From an uncultured Pelagibacteraceae bacterium (GTDB lineage: Bacteria > Pseudomonadota > Alphaproteobacteria > Pelagibacterales > AG-422-B15): a DNA stretch of 64,000 nt. Within the stretch, counting starts at the first letter, position 1. Every line of letters begins with the position of its first letter. The position numbers and the translations under genes were made by a program. The notes under the pieces are model-generated. The model was not told where the DNA came from, made no database searches, and saw only the letters and a program-made list of their open reading frames with translations. The stretch is from contig CABYIR010000002.1 in assembly GCA_902518955.1 (NCBI GenBank), forward strand, positions 48,891-112,890, read 5' to 3'. Positions 27,698-38,992 of this stretch are shown in pieces.

Positions 27698-28567
27698 TTA
27701 AATAGCTAAGGGCGCTTTTTTTATCTTATCTCGACCAAGTACTTTATCAACTTTTTTTATTGCGTTCTCTTCAGGTATATTTAGGCCCGCCATAACCTCT
27801 CTTAGAAATCGATCATAAGCTAGTTCAAATAGCTGTCTCTCACTATAAGATTGTTCAATCTGGTTATTTGCTCTATTTAAATCTCTCACTACTTCTGCGA
27901 TTTGTTCAATATCACCAGAGTTTATTTTTTGATCGTACTCTTGAGCTCTTCGACTCCACATTGTCCTTTTAATCCTTGCTTTTTGTGCGAGTATTTTCAT
28001 GACAGATTGTATCTTTGATGGCTTAGATACTTTACGAAGATTTAAAGCTTTCGCTTTTTCTACCGGAACCCTAAGTACAAGTTTATCTCTTATAAACTCA
28101 ATTACATACATCTCAAGGTTTTGACCAACAACTTCTCTTTTCTCAATATCAATTACACATCCTACGCCATGTGTTGGGTATACAACGTAGTCTTTTGTGC
28201 CAAATATCTTTTTAACTTTTTTTTCTTTGATTGCTTTAATCTCAAGTACTTTTTTTACTTTTTTAGCTTGGTAATGAGATGGATTGATAAGACGATTATT
28301 TACTTTTTTCTCAGAAGGTTTTGAAGCGATTGGAAGCTTTGATTTCGATGATGGCTTAGCATCTTTATTTTTTTTTAAAATTTTTTCTTTTACAATCTTT
28401 TTTTTCCTGACTTCCTTCTTTTTTTTTATTACAGAGGTTTTCTTTTTAGTTAACGCATCCTTCTTTTTTTTGATAATTCTCTTTTTCTTTTTTAGAACAA
28501 CATTTTTTTTTGAGGCTGATTTTTTTCTGACTGAAATAGATTTTTTCTTTAAATTTTTTTTCTTCAT
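27698..28567 (-). CDS. carD: CarD/CdnL-family RNAP-binding regulator with a lysine-rich N-terminal extension
   Basis: Residues from about 122 to 289 match CdnL ([15 protein letters not shown]..., [30 protein letters not shown]). By my count 49 of residues 1-120 are Lys. The ATG overlaps the fdxA stop as ATGA. Confidence 0.85.
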   Translation of the reverse strand: MKKKNLKKKSISVRKKSASKKNVVLKKKKRIIKKKKDALTKKKTSVIKKKKEVRKKKIVKEKILKKNKDAKPSSKSKLPIASKPSEKKVNNRLINPSHYQAKKVKKVLEIKAIKEKKVKKIFGTKDYVVYPTHGVGCVIDIEKREVVGQNLEMYVIEFIRDKLVLRVPVEKAKALNLRKVSKPSKIQSVMKILAQKARIKRTMWSRRAQEYDQKINSGDIEQIAEVVRDLNRANNQIEQSYSERQLFELAYDRFLREVMAGLNIPEENAIKKVDKVLGRDKIKKAPLAI

Positions 28568-28908
28568 ATAATCCTTCTATTTTCTAGATTTTCTGTAAAA
28601 TATTTGTCAAATTTATTTTCTTCATTTTCAAAATTACTTGAGTCTGCTGGAGGTTCTTTTTTTTCAGTTATATTTGGCCACTCTTGAGAATATTTTTGAT
28701 TTATTTCACCCCACTTTCCATTTTCATCATCTGTATCAGCTATTATTGCATCAACGGGACATTCAGGCTCACAAACACCACAGTCTATACATTCATCCGG
28801 GTTAATTACCAGCATATTCTCACCTTCATAAAAACAATCAACTGGGCAAACCTCAACACAGTCTGTAAATTTACACTTAATACAATTTTCATTAACAAGA
28901 TATGTCAT
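28564..28908 (-). CDS. fdxA: ferredoxin (FdxA-type, two Fe-S cluster motifs)
   Basis: 114 aa with [18 protein letters not shown] and [12 protein letters not shown]. Confidence 0.9.
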   Translation of the reverse strand: MTYLVNENCIKCKFTDCVEVCPVDCFYEGENMLVINPDECIDCGVCEPECPVDAIIADTDDENGKWGEINQKYSQEWPNITEKKEPPADSSNFENEENKFDKYFTENLENRRII

Positions 28909-28914
28909 TAAAAT

Positions 28915-29346
28915 TCAATATGTGTTTTTGATCTTGCCTACATCTGAGTCCTGAACATACAATAGGCCTGATATTTTTCTTATTAAGCTATTTTCATAGT
29001 CATCAATTCGCCCATCTGAAATTATAATTTTCCACATCATCTCAATAATTTCTAATTTCTCATCATAATCTAAGTTTTCATTAAGTTTTCTGGTGAACTG
29101 TTGAATATCATTTGAGTTATCATTGATTATTAGAGATAGTGAAAATAGCTCATCAAGCTTTTCATCTGTCAAATCAAAATATTTTTTCAGAAGGGACTTT
29201 ATTTTTTCCTTTTCAATATCATCAAAAACCCCATCATAAGCTGCAGTTTGAATTAAAAGTGCTGATATTGAGATTTGTAGAGTATCAAATGATGGATCTT
29301 CTATTTCTACTTTTGATTTAAAGGCTGATTTTAATTTTTCGAACAT
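28915..29346 (-). CDS. TerB-family protein
   Basis: 143 aa, helical, with TerB-like DG...D/E repeats (AAYDGVFDDIEKE, ISDGRIDDYE). Confidence 0.55.
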   Translation of the reverse strand: MFEKLKSAFKSKVEIEDPSFDTLQISISALLIQTAAYDGVFDDIEKEKIKSLLKKYFDLTDEKLDELFSLSLIINDNSNDIQQFTRKLNENLDYDEKLEIIEMMWKIIISDGRIDDYENSLIRKISGLLYVQDSDVGKIKNTY

Positions 29347-29521
29347 AAATTTATTGTTGCTTGTTATAAATTGAGTACAATATGTTGTATTAGTTTTAGA
29401 ACAAAAGGTGTAGAGAATAAGTCCGAATCACTAACATCATATGTTCGCTGAATATTCTAATATTTTATTATTTTTATTACGATATATATAACATCTAATT
29501 ATTAATTGAAAAGTCACTTTA

Positions 29522-31681
29522 ATGAATAAAAAAAATAATAAAGATGATCAATTAACTGAGTGGAAGAAGAAATTTGAGGCTGAAACTAAGACTTCAAGAG
29601 CCGATAATTTTATAATCAACACTGATGAAGACATTGGAATCAAGCCTTTATATATAGAGGAAGATATAAAAGATCTTAACTTTGTTGATGTAGGATCCTT
29701 ACCAGGTCACGATCCTTATACAAGAGGACCTAAAGCGTCAATGTATGTAAATAGGCCATGGACGATAAGACAGTACGCAGGTTTCTCGACCGCTGAAGAG
29801 TCAAACAATTTTTATCGTAAAAATTTAGAAGCAGGGCAGAAGGGTTTGTCAGTTGCTTTTGATCTACCAACTCATAGAGGTTATGACTCAGATGATGAAA
29901 TTGTAATGGGAGATGTTGGTAAAGCTGGAGTAGCTATTGACTCAGTTGAAGATATGAAGATTTTATTCGATGGAATACCACTAGATCAAATGTCAGTTTC
30001 AATGACTATGAATGGTGCAGTGTTACCAATTCTTGCATCATTCATTGTAGCAGGTGAGGAACAAGGGGTTGCTGTCAAAGATTTATCAGGAACAATTCAA
30101 AACGATATTTTAAAAGAATTTATGGTAAGGAATACTTACATTTATCCTCCAGATCCATCAATGAGAATCGTTGCTGATATAATTGAATATACTTCTAGAG
30201 AAATGCCCAAATTTAATTCTATTTCAATATCAGGTTATCATATGCAAGAGGCTGGGGCAGATAATGTTCTTGAACTAGCATACACACTCGCTGATGGGAT
30301 AGAGTATGTTAGAGCAGCTTTGTCCAAAGGACTAGATATTGATGATTTTGCTCCAAGACTCTCATTTTTCTTTGCAATAGGAACAGATTTCTTTATGGAA
30401 ATTGCAAAACTTAGAGCTGCTAGAACTCTATGGTATAAAATTATGAAAGATTTTGGTGCCAAAAATGAGAAATCGTTAACACTAAGAACACATTGTCAGA
30501 CCTCAGGCGTTTCGCTTACAGAAAAAGATCCATATAATAATATTGTTCGAACTTCCTATGAGGCTTTGTCTGCGGTTCTTGGAGGTACGCAGAGCCTTCA
30601 TACAAACTCATTTGATGAAGCGATAGCGCTACCTACAGAATTTTCAGCGAGGATTGCTAGAAATACTCAATTAATTTTACAGAATGAAACTGGAGTCTCA
30701 AATACAGTAGACCCCCTTGCTGGTTCATATTTTATTGAGAAAATAACAGATGAAGTTGCGTCAAAAGCATGGGAAATAATTCAAGAAGTGGAGGAGCTTG
30801 GAGGCATGACAAAAGCAGTGAATGCAGGTATCCCAAAATTAAAAATTGAAGAGTCAGCAACTAAAAAACAAGCAAAAATTGACTCTGGTGATAGGGTGGT
30901 TGTAGGTGTAAATAAATTTCAAAACCCAAAAGAGCCCAAGATAGATGTATTAGTAATTGATAATGAAAAGGTTCGTGAAGACCAAATTAAAAAGATAAAC
31001 TTACTTAAGGGCTCTAGAGATAATAAAAAACTTGAGAAATCTCTTAATGAATTGACTGAAGATGCTAAGAATGGAAATAACCTTTTATATTCTGCAGTAA
31101 AAGCAATAAAAAATAGGGCTACGATTGGTGAAGTTTCAAAAGCATTAGAAAATGTTTTTGGTCGTCATTATGCAACTTCAGTTGGCGTATCGGGTGTATA
31201 TGGAAAGTATTTTGAGGGGAATGAAGAATTTATGCATGTAACAAAAAAAATTCAAGATTTTGAAAAATTATATGGAAGAAGACCCAGAGTATTAGTAGTA
31301 AAAATGGGACAAGATGGGCATGATAGAGGTGCAAAAATTGTCGCAACATCATTTGCAGACATTGGATTTGATATCGATATGGGTCCATTATTCCAATCGC
31401 CAAAAGATGTAGCAAAGGACGCTGTCGAAAATGATGTACACGCAATTGGTGTATCCACACTAGCTGCAGGCCATAAGACATTGGTTCCAGAGCTAATGAG
31501 TTCATTAAAAGAATTAGATCCTGAAAATAAAATCATTGTTTTTGTTGGAGGAATCATTCCCGAGCAAGATTATGACTTTTTGTATGAAAAAAATATTTCT
31601 GCAATTTTTGGCCCCGGATCAAATATTATTGAATCTGCAGAAAAAGTAATTGATCTAATATCTGATAAAAATAATCAATAA
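29522..31681 (+). CDS. mcm: methylmalonyl-CoA mutase, single-chain large form
   Basis: 719 aa with [18 protein letters not shown] and [17 protein letters not shown]. The C-terminal B12 domain carries DxHxxG (QDGHDRG). Confidence 0.92.
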   Translation: MNKKNNKDDQLTEWKKKFEAETKTSRADNFIINTDEDIGIKPLYIEEDIKDLNFVDVGSLPGHDPYTRGPKASMYVNRPWTIRQYAGFSTAEESNNFYRKNLEAGQKGLSVAFDLPTHRGYDSDDEIVMGDVGKAGVAIDSVEDMKILFDGIPLDQMSVSMTMNGAVLPILASFIVAGEEQGVAVKDLSGTIQNDILKEFMVRNTYIYPPDPSMRIVADIIEYTSREMPKFNSISISGYHMQEAGADNVLELAYTLADGIEYVRAALSKGLDIDDFAPRLSFFFAIGTDFFMEIAKLRAARTLWYKIMKDFGAKNEKSLTLRTHCQTSGVSLTEKDPYNNIVRTSYEALSAVLGGTQSLHTNSFDEAIALPTEFSARIARNTQLILQNETGVSNTVDPLAGSYFIEKITDEVASKAWEIIQEVEELGGMTKAVNAGIPKLKIEESATKKQAKIDSGDRVVVGVNKFQNPKEPKIDVLVIDNEKVREDQIKKINLLKGSRDNKKLEKSLNELTEDAKNGNNLLYSAVKAIKNRATIGEVSKALENVFGRHYATSVGVSGVYGKYFEGNEEFMHVTKKIQDFEKLYGRRPRVLVVKMGQDGHDRGAKIVATSFADIGFDIDMGPLFQSPKDVAKDAVENDVHAIGVSTLAAGHKTLVPELMSSLKELDPENKIIVFVGGIIPEQDYDFLYEKNISAIFGPGSNIIESAEKVIDLISDKNNQ

Positions 31682-31683
31682 TT

Positions 31684-32646
31684 ATGGAATTAGTCAAAAA
31701 GGTTTTAAATAATGATCGTGCCTCGATAGCTAAAGCTATAACATTAGTAGAGTCATCCAATCCAAAGGATAAAGATGAGAGCAAGGAACTTATTTCAAGC
31801 TTAATTAATCATCCAGGCCATTCTATTCGTGTGGGTTTTTCTGGACCTCCTGGTGTTGGTAAATCAACTTTTATTGAATCTTTTGGTACATATTTGGTCA
31901 ATAAAAATTATAAACTCGCAATATTAGCAATAGATCCTTCATCAAACCTCACAGGAGGATCTATCCTGGGCGACAAGACTCGTATGAGTGAAATATCAAA
32001 AAGTCAGAATACATTCATACGCTCAACACCATCAAAAGGATCACTTGGAGGTGTATCTTATGGTACACGAGAAGCATCTATTATACTTGACGCTGCAGGA
32101 TATGATTTTATTTTCATCGAGACGGTTGGCGTTGGACAATCTGAAACTATGGCAGCAAACTTAGTTGATATTTTTACACTCATTGTTGGACCAGGATCTG
32201 GTGATGAATTGCAAGGAATTAAAAAAGGAATAACAGAATATGCCGATATCTTTATTGTTAATAAAAATGATGGAGACTTAAAATTGCAAGCATCAAAAAC
32301 TGCATCAGATTATAAATCAGCTTTAAGCTTTTACTCTAAACAAGATAACCAAGCAGCTAAGGAAGTTTTACTAGTATCTTCAATTGAACAACAGGGAATG
32401 GACAGTGTTATTGATACAATAAATGAAATTATTAAGTTTAATAAGTTGAATAAAATTTTTGATGCAAGAAGAGAAAACCAATTAAGTTATTGGATTAAGG
32501 AAGAGATCAGAAATCAAATTCAGTCTAAACTTGACCTTGAGGTAGGTAATGATACTGAATTACTTGATATGACAAAGGCTGTTATCAAAGGAGAGATCAA
32601 TATATATGATGTCTCAGATCATTTCCTAGATAAATTTTTGAAATAG
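31684..32646 (+). CDS. meaB: methylmalonyl-CoA mutase-associated GTPase
   Basis: 320 aa with P-loop GPPGVGKST and NKxD (VNKNDGD). Starts 2 nt after mcm. Confidence 0.9.
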   Translation: MELVKKVLNNDRASIAKAITLVESSNPKDKDESKELISSLINHPGHSIRVGFSGPPGVGKSTFIESFGTYLVNKNYKLAILAIDPSSNLTGGSILGDKTRMSEISKSQNTFIRSTPSKGSLGGVSYGTREASIILDAAGYDFIFIETVGVGQSETMAANLVDIFTLIVGPGSGDELQGIKKGITEYADIFIVNKNDGDLKLQASKTASDYKSALSFYSKQDNQAAKEVLLVSSIEQQGMDSVIDTINEIIKFNKLNKIFDARRENQLSYWIKEEIRNQIQSKLDLEVGNDTELLDMTKAVIKGEINIYDVSDHFLDKFLK

Positions 32647-32693
32647 ATATAGATGTTGACAATATTATCTTTAGATATTATCAAGCATCTACT

Positions 32694-32981
32694 ATGACGA
32701 GAGCGTGTGATTTAACAGGAAAAAAAGTACAATTTGGCCATAACGTGAGTAAAGCCAACAACAAGACTAAGCGTAAATTTATTCCAAATATTCAATCAGT
32801 CACTTTTAAAAGTGAGATTTTAAATCAAAATCTTAAGCTAAATGTTGCCGCTTCCTCAGTTAGAACTGTAAGTAAGTACGGAGGCATTGACGAGTTTTTA
32901 ATTAGAACAAAATGCAATGAACTTTCTCCTAAAGCTAAAAAATATCAGAAAGTTATTAAGAAACTTTCAGTAAAAAACTAG
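32694..32981 (+). CDS. rpmB: 50S ribosomal protein L28
   Basis: 95 aa. [29 protein letters not shown] is the typical L28 N-terminus. Confidence 0.92.
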   Translation: MTRACDLTGKKVQFGHNVSKANNKTKRKFIPNIQSVTFKSEILNQNLKLNVAASSVRTVSKYGGIDEFLIRTKCNELSPKAKKYQKVIKKLSVKN

Positions 32982-34813
32982 TTCATAGTTCTTCTTTTCT
33001 TTTTTTCATCCTCTTCAAATAAATCAACTAGTTGTTCTGTCATAACGTCAGCAAGTTGCTCTGCATCAACAATAGTTACAGCTCTTTTATAATATCTTGT
33101 AACATCGTGACCTATTCCTACTGCCAATAATTGAATATTTGATCTACTTTCAATCCAATTTATTACACCTCTAAGATGCTTCTCAAGATAATTTCCTGAA
33201 TTCACTGACAATGTACTATCATCAACTGGAGCTCCATCAGAGATAACCATTAAAATTTTTCTTGCTTCATACCTAGACTGAAGTCTTTTATGTGCCCATA
33301 ACAAAGCTTCCCCATCAATATTTTCTTTTAGGAGACCTTCACGCATCATTAATCCAAGATTCTTTTTTGCTCTCCTCCAAGGCTCATCAGCTGCTTTATA
33401 AATTATATGCCTTAAATCATTAAGTCTTCCTGGAGCAGGTGGCTTATTATTTTGCATCCAATGTTCTCTACTTTTTCCACCTTTCCAAGCTTTAGTGGTA
33501 AATCCAAGAATTTCAACTTTCACTCCACATCTCTCAAGTGTTCGAGCAAGGATATCAGCACTCATAGCTGCAACAGTAATCGGTCTACCTCTCATTGAAC
33601 CTGAGTTATCAATTAGAAGTGAAACAACGGTGTCCTTAAAATCGGTATCTTTTTCTTTTTTAAATGAAAGAGAATACATTGGATCCATTATAACTCTTGT
33701 TAATCTTGATGTGTCTAATAAGCCCTCTTCGAGATCAAAATTCCAACTTCTATTCTGTTTAGCTAGGAGTTTTCTTTGTAATCTATTTGCGAGTCTTGAA
33801 ATTATTGTTTGAAATGATTTTAGTTGCTGATCGAGATAGTTTCTAAGTCTATTTAACTCTTCATCTTCGCATAGAATATTAGCAGTTATAATCTCATCAA
33901 ATTCTTCTGAATATTTTTGATAATCATTGAATATCTCCTCATAACTTAAGTTATTTTTATATTGTGGAGTTGTATTTTCTGAATTTCCATCATCACTATC
34001 AGATAAATCTTGATCATCATCTTTATCAAATGAAACTTCTGTTTCCTCAAGACTTACCTCTTGTTCACTCTCTGCTGATTCATCTTGATCAAAAGATGAT
34101 TGGTTCTCCATCTCATTAGTTTCATTATTCTCTAATTGATCAATATTATTATTTTTTTCATCCTCATTATTAGATTCACTCTTTTCATCTTTTTGATCAT
34201 AATAATTTAATTCTTCGATAACTTGATTAACTGCTTTAGCGAATTCAACTTGATTATCAATAGAGTCGATAAGCTTTTTCGAAGAATCGCCAATTTTTTT
34301 TTCAAACCACTGATGCCACATTGAAATAGCTTTATTTTGTGAATTTGGTATGAAATTTTTTCCAGCTAATTTTCTCAAATAAAAATCAAGTGCGTTCTGA
34401 ATATCAATATCAGACTGTTCGTTAGCTTCAAACATCTGATTTTCATTACATTTTTTTTCATATAAAGAAAACAAGTTTGACTTAACACCTCTCATGATCT
34501 TACTTCCAAGAATTTGAATCCGAGTATTCTCAAGAACCTCATATATTTCTTTATTTTTATGTCCTGAGGGCGACATCAACTCGAAAGTTTCTTTGTCATG
34601 AAATCGATACATCAATGCCTGATTATCTGCATTGCCTCTTATTGAAGATAGGAACTCAAGATCATTTTCGTTATCAATTTTTGGTAGAACGATAGTATTT
34701 TCTGATTTGAAAGCGTTATCATCAAATACTACTTCAATATCTTTGTTATTAGCGATTGCTTTTACAGTAGAAGTAATTGCTTTTTTGAACTCTGTAATGA
34801 GGTCTTCTTTCAC
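32978..34813 (-). CDS. cobT: CobT-like vWA-domain protein (annotated family: cobaltochelatase subunit CobT)
   Basis: 611 aa. A central acidic low-complexity insert is followed by a C-terminal vWA domain with [14 protein letters not shown]. Confidence 0.8.
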   Translation of the reverse strand: MKEDLITEFKKAITSTVKAIANNKDIEVVFDDNAFKSENTIVLPKIDNENDLEFLSSIRGNADNQALMYRFHDKETFELMSPSGHKNKEIYEVLENTRIQILGSKIMRGVKSNLFSLYEKKCNENQMFEANEQSDIDIQNALDFYLRKLAGKNFIPNSQNKAISMWHQWFEKKIGDSSKKLIDSIDNQVEFAKAVNQVIEELNYYDQKDEKSESNNEDEKNNNIDQLENNETNEMENQSSFDQDESAESEQEVSLEETEVSFDKDDDQDLSDSDDGNSENTTPQYKNNLSYEEIFNDYQKYSEEFDEIITANILCEDEELNRLRNYLDQQLKSFQTIISRLANRLQRKLLAKQNRSWNFDLEEGLLDTSRLTRVIMDPMYSLSFKKEKDTDFKDTVVSLLIDNSGSMRGRPITVAAMSADILARTLERCGVKVEILGFTTKAWKGGKSREHWMQNNKPPAPGRLNDLRHIIYKAADEPWRRAKKNLGLMMREGLLKENIDGEALLWAHKRLQSRYEARKILMVISDGAPVDDSTLSVNSGNYLEKHLRGVINWIESRSNIQLLAVGIGHDVTRYYKRAVTIVDAEQLADVMTEQLVDLFEEDEKKKRRTMN

Positions 34814-35802
34814 TACTTTAAATTAGTTAATGATGATGTATTTCCTACTTCTTCTCCAAAACACCTCTGATAATATTCAGAAATTATTGGTTTTTCACTC
34901 TCATCACATTTATTAAGGAAAGTAAGTTGGAAGCTTAAGTTATAATCGAAATTAAATATTTCAGAATTTTCAGCCCAAGTTAAAACTGTTCTAGGACTCA
35001 TTACTGTAGATATATCACCATTAGCCAATCCTTTTCTTGTTAGATCAGCAACCCTGATCATCAAATCTAATATTTCAGATTTTTCCTTCTCAGCAAATGC
35101 TGGAACTTTACTTTCAATAATTATTTTTTCTTTCTCAAGTTCTAAATAATTAAGAGTTGTTACAATATTCCATCGGTCCATTTGCCCTTGATTTATCTGT
35201 TGAGTTCCATGATATAATCCGGTCGTATCTCCTAATCCAATCGTATTGGTTGTGGCAAATAATCTAAAATGAGGATTCGGACGAATGACAGTATTTTTAT
35301 CAAGAAGTGTAAATTTACCATCAGTTTCTAATACTCTTTGAATAACAAACATTACATCTGGTCTTCCAGCATCATATTCATCAAAAACTAATGCAGTAGG
35401 ATTTTGGAGTGACCAAGGTAATATTCCATTTTGAAATTCAGTAATCTGTTTTCCATCCTTAAGAACAATTGCATCTTTCCCAATAAGATCAATTCGACTT
35501 ACATGACTATCAAGATTGATCCTAATACAGGGCCAATTCAATCGTGCTGCTACTTGTTCAATATGAGTTGATTTTCCTGTTCCATGCAGACCCTGGATCA
35601 TTACTCTCCGATTATATTTGAAACCTGCAAGAATCGCCATCGTAGTAGACTTATCAAAACAATAATTACTATCAATATCTGGAACATGCTCAGTTTTTTC
35701 TGAGAAACCATCGACATGAAGATCAGTGTCTATTCCAAAAGCTTGATTAACAGAGATTGAAATATCTGGTTTACTCGTTAATTGGTCATTTAAATTGTTC
35801 AT
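34813..35802 (-). CDS. cobS: CobS-like AAA+ (MoxR-class) ATPase
   Basis: 329 aa. Walker A is [40 protein letters not shown], which closely resembles CobS. 1-nt overlap with cobT. Confidence 0.85.
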   Translation of the reverse strand: MNNLNDQLTSKPDISISVNQAFGIDTDLHVDGFSEKTEHVPDIDSNYCFDKSTTMAILAGFKYNRRVMIQGLHGTGKSTHIEQVAARLNWPCIRINLDSHVSRIDLIGKDAIVLKDGKQITEFQNGILPWSLQNPTALVFDEYDAGRPDVMFVIQRVLETDGKFTLLDKNTVIRPNPHFRLFATTNTIGLGDTTGLYHGTQQINQGQMDRWNIVTTLNYLELEKEKIIIESKVPAFAEKEKSEILDLMIRVADLTRKGLANGDISTVMSPRTVLTWAENSEIFNFDYNLSFQLTFLNKCDESEKPIISEYYQRCFGEEVGNTSSLTNLK

Positions 35803-36310
35803 AGTATTCCTTTAGTAATTTATAAGACTCAAGAACTTTCGTAAGTTTCTCAGTTTTACTCTTGTCATTGCCAACAGTATCTGGATGAAGTTCTTTTACA
35901 ATTTTTTTAAAACTTGATTTAATCTCCTCAATTGAAGCATTTTTATTATCTATTCCAAGTACCGCAAGAGCGTTTAAATACTTAGAGCTATACAAATTAG
36001 GGTTTAGATTATTTTTATCAACACCTAAATAGGATGAATTCAAAGAATCCATGATTTTTTCAACTTTTTCAGCATAATCAACACTGTATGTACCCATTTT
36101 CTTTGTTTTACGATGGCCAATGATGTCATTTTCAATGAATTCTTCTATTTGATCTGCAGACATATTTGAAAAATAATTCCATTTTTTGTTATATTCTTTT
36201 ATATGTTCATAACAAAACCAAATGTAGGTGTTTAATTCATCTGGTGATAATGGAGCTTTATATTCAGCATTGTTCTCACATCCATCTATATAACACTGAT
36301 TTTTTTTCAT
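35786..36310 (-). CDS. J-domain protein with Cys/His-rich N-terminus
   Basis: 174 aa. C-terminal J domain with HPD (KELHPDTVG). The N-terminus is CYIDGCEN...FCYEHIKEYNKKWNYF. 17-nt overlap with cobS. Confidence 0.75.
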   Translation of the reverse strand: MKKNQCYIDGCENNAEYKAPLSPDELNTYIWFCYEHIKEYNKKWNYFSNMSADQIEEFIENDIIGHRKTKKMGTYSVDYAEKVEKIMDSLNSSYLGVDKNNLNPNLYSSKYLNALAVLGIDNKNASIEEIKSSFKKIVKELHPDTVGNDKSKTEKLTKVLESYKLLKEYYEQFK

Positions 36311-36345
36311 TCTTATGATAATCTTAGTATAAATATTTATATCAA

Positions 36346-36621
36346 ATGAATATCAAAGAAACTATTAATTCAAAAATAAATATACAACTAAATACCCATT
36401 TTCTAAAAATTATTGATTTTTCGGAACAACATAAAAATCATTATGACAATGGCTCGAGAGGAGATACTTCCCACATTACTCTCATAATAGTTTCAAAAGA
36501 TTTTCAAAATATGAATAAGATTCAAAGAGAAAGAAAAATCCATAAAATACTTGAAAATGAAATTCGTGATAACTTACATTCAATTAGACTTAAACTTTAT
36601 ACTCCAGATGAGTATGATTAA
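36346..36621 (+). CDS. bolA: BolA family protein
   Basis: 91 aa of BolA-like size, with conserved H residues and the F..M..I.R.R.I...L pattern. Confidence 0.8.
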   Translation: MNIKETINSKINIQLNTHFLKIIDFSEQHKNHYDNGSRGDTSHITLIIVSKDFQNMNKIQRERKIHKILENEIRDNLHSIRLKLYTPDEYD

Positions 36622-36626
36622 TTAAA

Positions 36627-37880
36627 TTAAGATACTTTAATTTTATGAATCAAATTATCTTTTACTTCTAAAATTTCAAAAATGAAACCGTAATAATTAA
36701 AAACCTGACCCTCTGTAGGAAATGATCTGGACTCATGAATTATAAGTCCTGAGAGAGTATTTGCCTCTTCTTCTGGTAAATTCCAATTATAAATTCTATT
36801 AATATCTCTTATTTCTGTGCCTCCATTTATAGTTAAAGTTCCATCTTCATTCTTAACTACAGTAGTAAGTCCTTCATCTATCTCATCTGTGATATCTCCA
36901 ACTATTTCTTCCATTATATCCTCTAAACTAATCATTCCCATTAGAACACCATATTCATCAACAACGATTGCTAATTTCTTTTTAGTATTTAAGTGCATTT
37001 TTAATTGTTCTTTTAAAGATGTAGTTTCAGGAATGAATAATGGCTTAATCAAAGATTGCATCATATCTGAACGAGTAATATCTCTATTTTGACTCATAAT
37101 TTTCAATAAATGTTTTGAGTGAATAATTCCAATTATGTTCTCGTCATTATTTTGCCAAACTGGTATTCTTGTAAAAGAGCTATTAATTACTGAATTAAGA
37201 ATTTTTTTGGGATCATCATCTATGTTAACCGTAAACATATTACTTCTGTGGACCATCACATCTTCTACGGTTACTTCAGCTAAATCAAGAACACCTGTAA
37301 CCATATCTTTATCCGACTTATATAACCTACCCTCCTTATGATGAAGATCCAGAGTACCTCTAATCTCATCCTTTACTGATAAAACTCTCATATTTTTTTC
37401 AAGTTTTATTTTGAAAATACTTAGAATAAAGAAAACTATTTTTTCCATCATCCAGGTTACAGGCCATAAAAGATAGACAATGGGTCTAAAAATAGGACTA
37501 ACCGTAAGAGCAAGCTTTTCAGAGTTAGTTAAAGCATAGGTTTTAGGAAGTATTTCTGCAAAAATTACAATAAGCGCCGTCATTATGATTACTGCATACG
37601 CTACACCTGTATCTCCAAAAATTTTAATTGAAAGGCTTGTTGCCAAAGCGGAAGCTAAAATATTAACTAAATTATTACCTAAAAGAATTGCGCCAATAAG
37701 AGACTCTTTCTTATTTAATAGCTCAATCGCAGTTTTAGCATTTTTATGACCTTTATTGCTAAGACCAGTTAAACGACTTCTCGTACTAGCAGTTAATGCA
37801 GTTTCAGATCCCGAAAAAAAACCTGAGAGAATTAGAAGTAAAAAAATTGAGATAAAAAGTATAATTAATTCAAAAAACAT
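36627..37880 (-). CDS. DUF21-CBS-CorC_HlyC (TlyC/hemolysin-family) membrane protein
   Basis: 417 aa with an N-terminal four-TM DUF21 domain (GFFSGSETA), a CBS pair and a C-terminal CorC_HlyC domain. Confidence 0.85.
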   Translation of the reverse strand: MFFELIILFISIFLLLILSGFFSGSETALTASTRSRLTGLSNKGHKNAKTAIELLNKKESLIGAILLGNNLVNILASALATSLSIKIFGDTGVAYAVIIMTALIVIFAEILPKTYALTNSEKLALTVSPIFRPIVYLLWPVTWMMEKIVFFILSIFKIKLEKNMRVLSVKDEIRGTLDLHHKEGRLYKSDKDMVTGVLDLAEVTVEDVMVHRSNMFTVNIDDDPKKILNSVINSSFTRIPVWQNNDENIIGIIHSKHLLKIMSQNRDITRSDMMQSLIKPLFIPETTSLKEQLKMHLNTKKKLAIVVDEYGVLMGMISLEDIMEEIVGDITDEIDEGLTTVVKNEDGTLTINGGTEIRDINRIYNWNLPEEEANTLSGLIIHESRSFPTEGQVFNYYGFIFEILEVKDNLIHKIKVS

Positions 37881-37882
37881 AA

Positions 37883-38992
37883 TTAAATAATAGAATCTTT
37901 TATAATAATTTTTAGTAACTGATAATCGAATTTGTTAGTTTGATAAGCTTTACCAATTTTTTTTAGTAGAATTAAATTAATTTTATTATTTTTTGTTTTT
38001 TTATCTTTATTCATAACATCAATAAATTTTTTTATTGAAAGATTTTTTCTTAGAGACCTAGGAATTTGAGTTGGTAAATTTAGTAATTTAAAATGATTAA
38101 TTATTTTATTTAATTCATCCATTGAGATTAAATTCATTGCTGATGATAATTTTGATGCCATAATCATTCCCATAGCTACAGCTTCTCCATGATTTATGTT
38201 TTCCTTATAAGAATTTGTTTGCTCAATGACATGACCAAATGTATGGCCAAAGTTTAGTAAGGCTCTTATATTCGTTTCCTTTTCATCTAGACTTACAATC
38301 TTAGATTTACATTGACAGCTTTGAAATATTGCGTGAATCAATGCTTTTTTGTTTTTGTTCATTACCCTTTTTCCATTAATAACGAGCCAATTGAAGAATT
38401 TGATATCAAATATTAAACTATATTTTACAATTTCTGCATAACCAGCTGTCATCTCCCTGTCATTTAATTTTGTTAAAAAATTAATATCAATTAATACCAA
38501 CGATGGCTGATAAAAGCTTCCAATTAAATTTTTACCGTGTTCTGAGTTTATACCTGTTTTTCCTCCAACAGATGAATCAACTTGTGATAACAACGTAGTA
38601 GGAATTTGAATATAATTAACGCCTCTTAAAACAATACTTGATACAAAGCCAGTAATATCTCCAACTACACCACCTCCAAATGCAATGATTGTATCATCTC
38701 TTGAGATATTTTTTCCCAATAGAGTGTTACATATTGAATTTATATTTTTAATATTTTTCTGTTTTTCACCTATTCCGATAACAATAATCTCAACTGAAAG
38801 TTTTTTATCTTTTTTTATTTTCTCTAACTCCTCTTTGAAGATTTTATTAATATTCCTATCAGTTAAGATAAAAATTCTATTATTTTTTATATAGGGAGAG
38901 ATATTTTTTCTAAAACTCTTAAAAGTATTAGAACCAATAATAATAGGATAATTTTTATTTAAAGTGGTTATATTTAATCTCTTATTTTTCAT
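37883..38992 (-). CDS. aroB: 3-dehydroquinate synthase
   Basis: 369 aa with GGGVVGDITGF and the metal-binding region HGEAV. Confidence 0.9.
   Translation of the reverse strand: MKNKRLNITTLNKNYPIIIGSNTFKSFRKNISPYIKNNRIFILTDRNINKIFKEELEKIKKDKKLSVEIIVIGIGEKQKNIKNINSICNTLLGKNISRDDTIIAFGGGVVGDITGFVSSIVLRGVNYIQIPTTLLSQVDSSVGGKTGINSEHGKNLIGSFYQPSLVLIDINFLTKLNDREMTAGYAEIVKYSLIFDIKFFNWLVINGKRVMNKNKKALIHAIFQSCQCKSKIVSLDEKETNIRALLNFGHTFGHVIEQTNSYKENINHGEAVAMGMIMASKLSSAMNLISMDELNKIINHFKLLNLPTQIPRSLRKNLSIKKFIDVMNKDKKTKNNKINLILLKKIGKAYQTNKFDYQLLKIIIKDSII

Noticed and set aside
28121-28571. ORFs 28121-28324 and 28284-28571 on the plus strand, encoding Phe-rich peptides.
   Set aside because: They are the antisense reading of the AAA (Lys) codon-rich carD 5' region, where poly-Phe mirrors poly-Lys. 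They have no RBS and no plausible fold.
28915-29346. TerB-like gene as evidence for a tellurite-resistance or stress system.
   Set aside because: It is a single small TerB-domain gene with no terA/C/D/Z partners, and the family assignment itself is only moderate.
29347-29521. Possible cobalamin riboswitch upstream of mcm.
   Set aside because: I could not find a B12-box-like GCCACTG-type core or the surrounding conserved G/C-rich helices. The region is AT-rich and doubles as the divergent terB-like promoter region. A covariance-model scan would be needed for certainty.
32656-32684. TTGACA-N17-TATCAA upstream of rpmB, suggesting a promoter with a near-leaderless transcript.
   Set aside because: The -35 is perfect, but the -10 is weak and the inferred leader of about 3 nt is speculative without TSS data.
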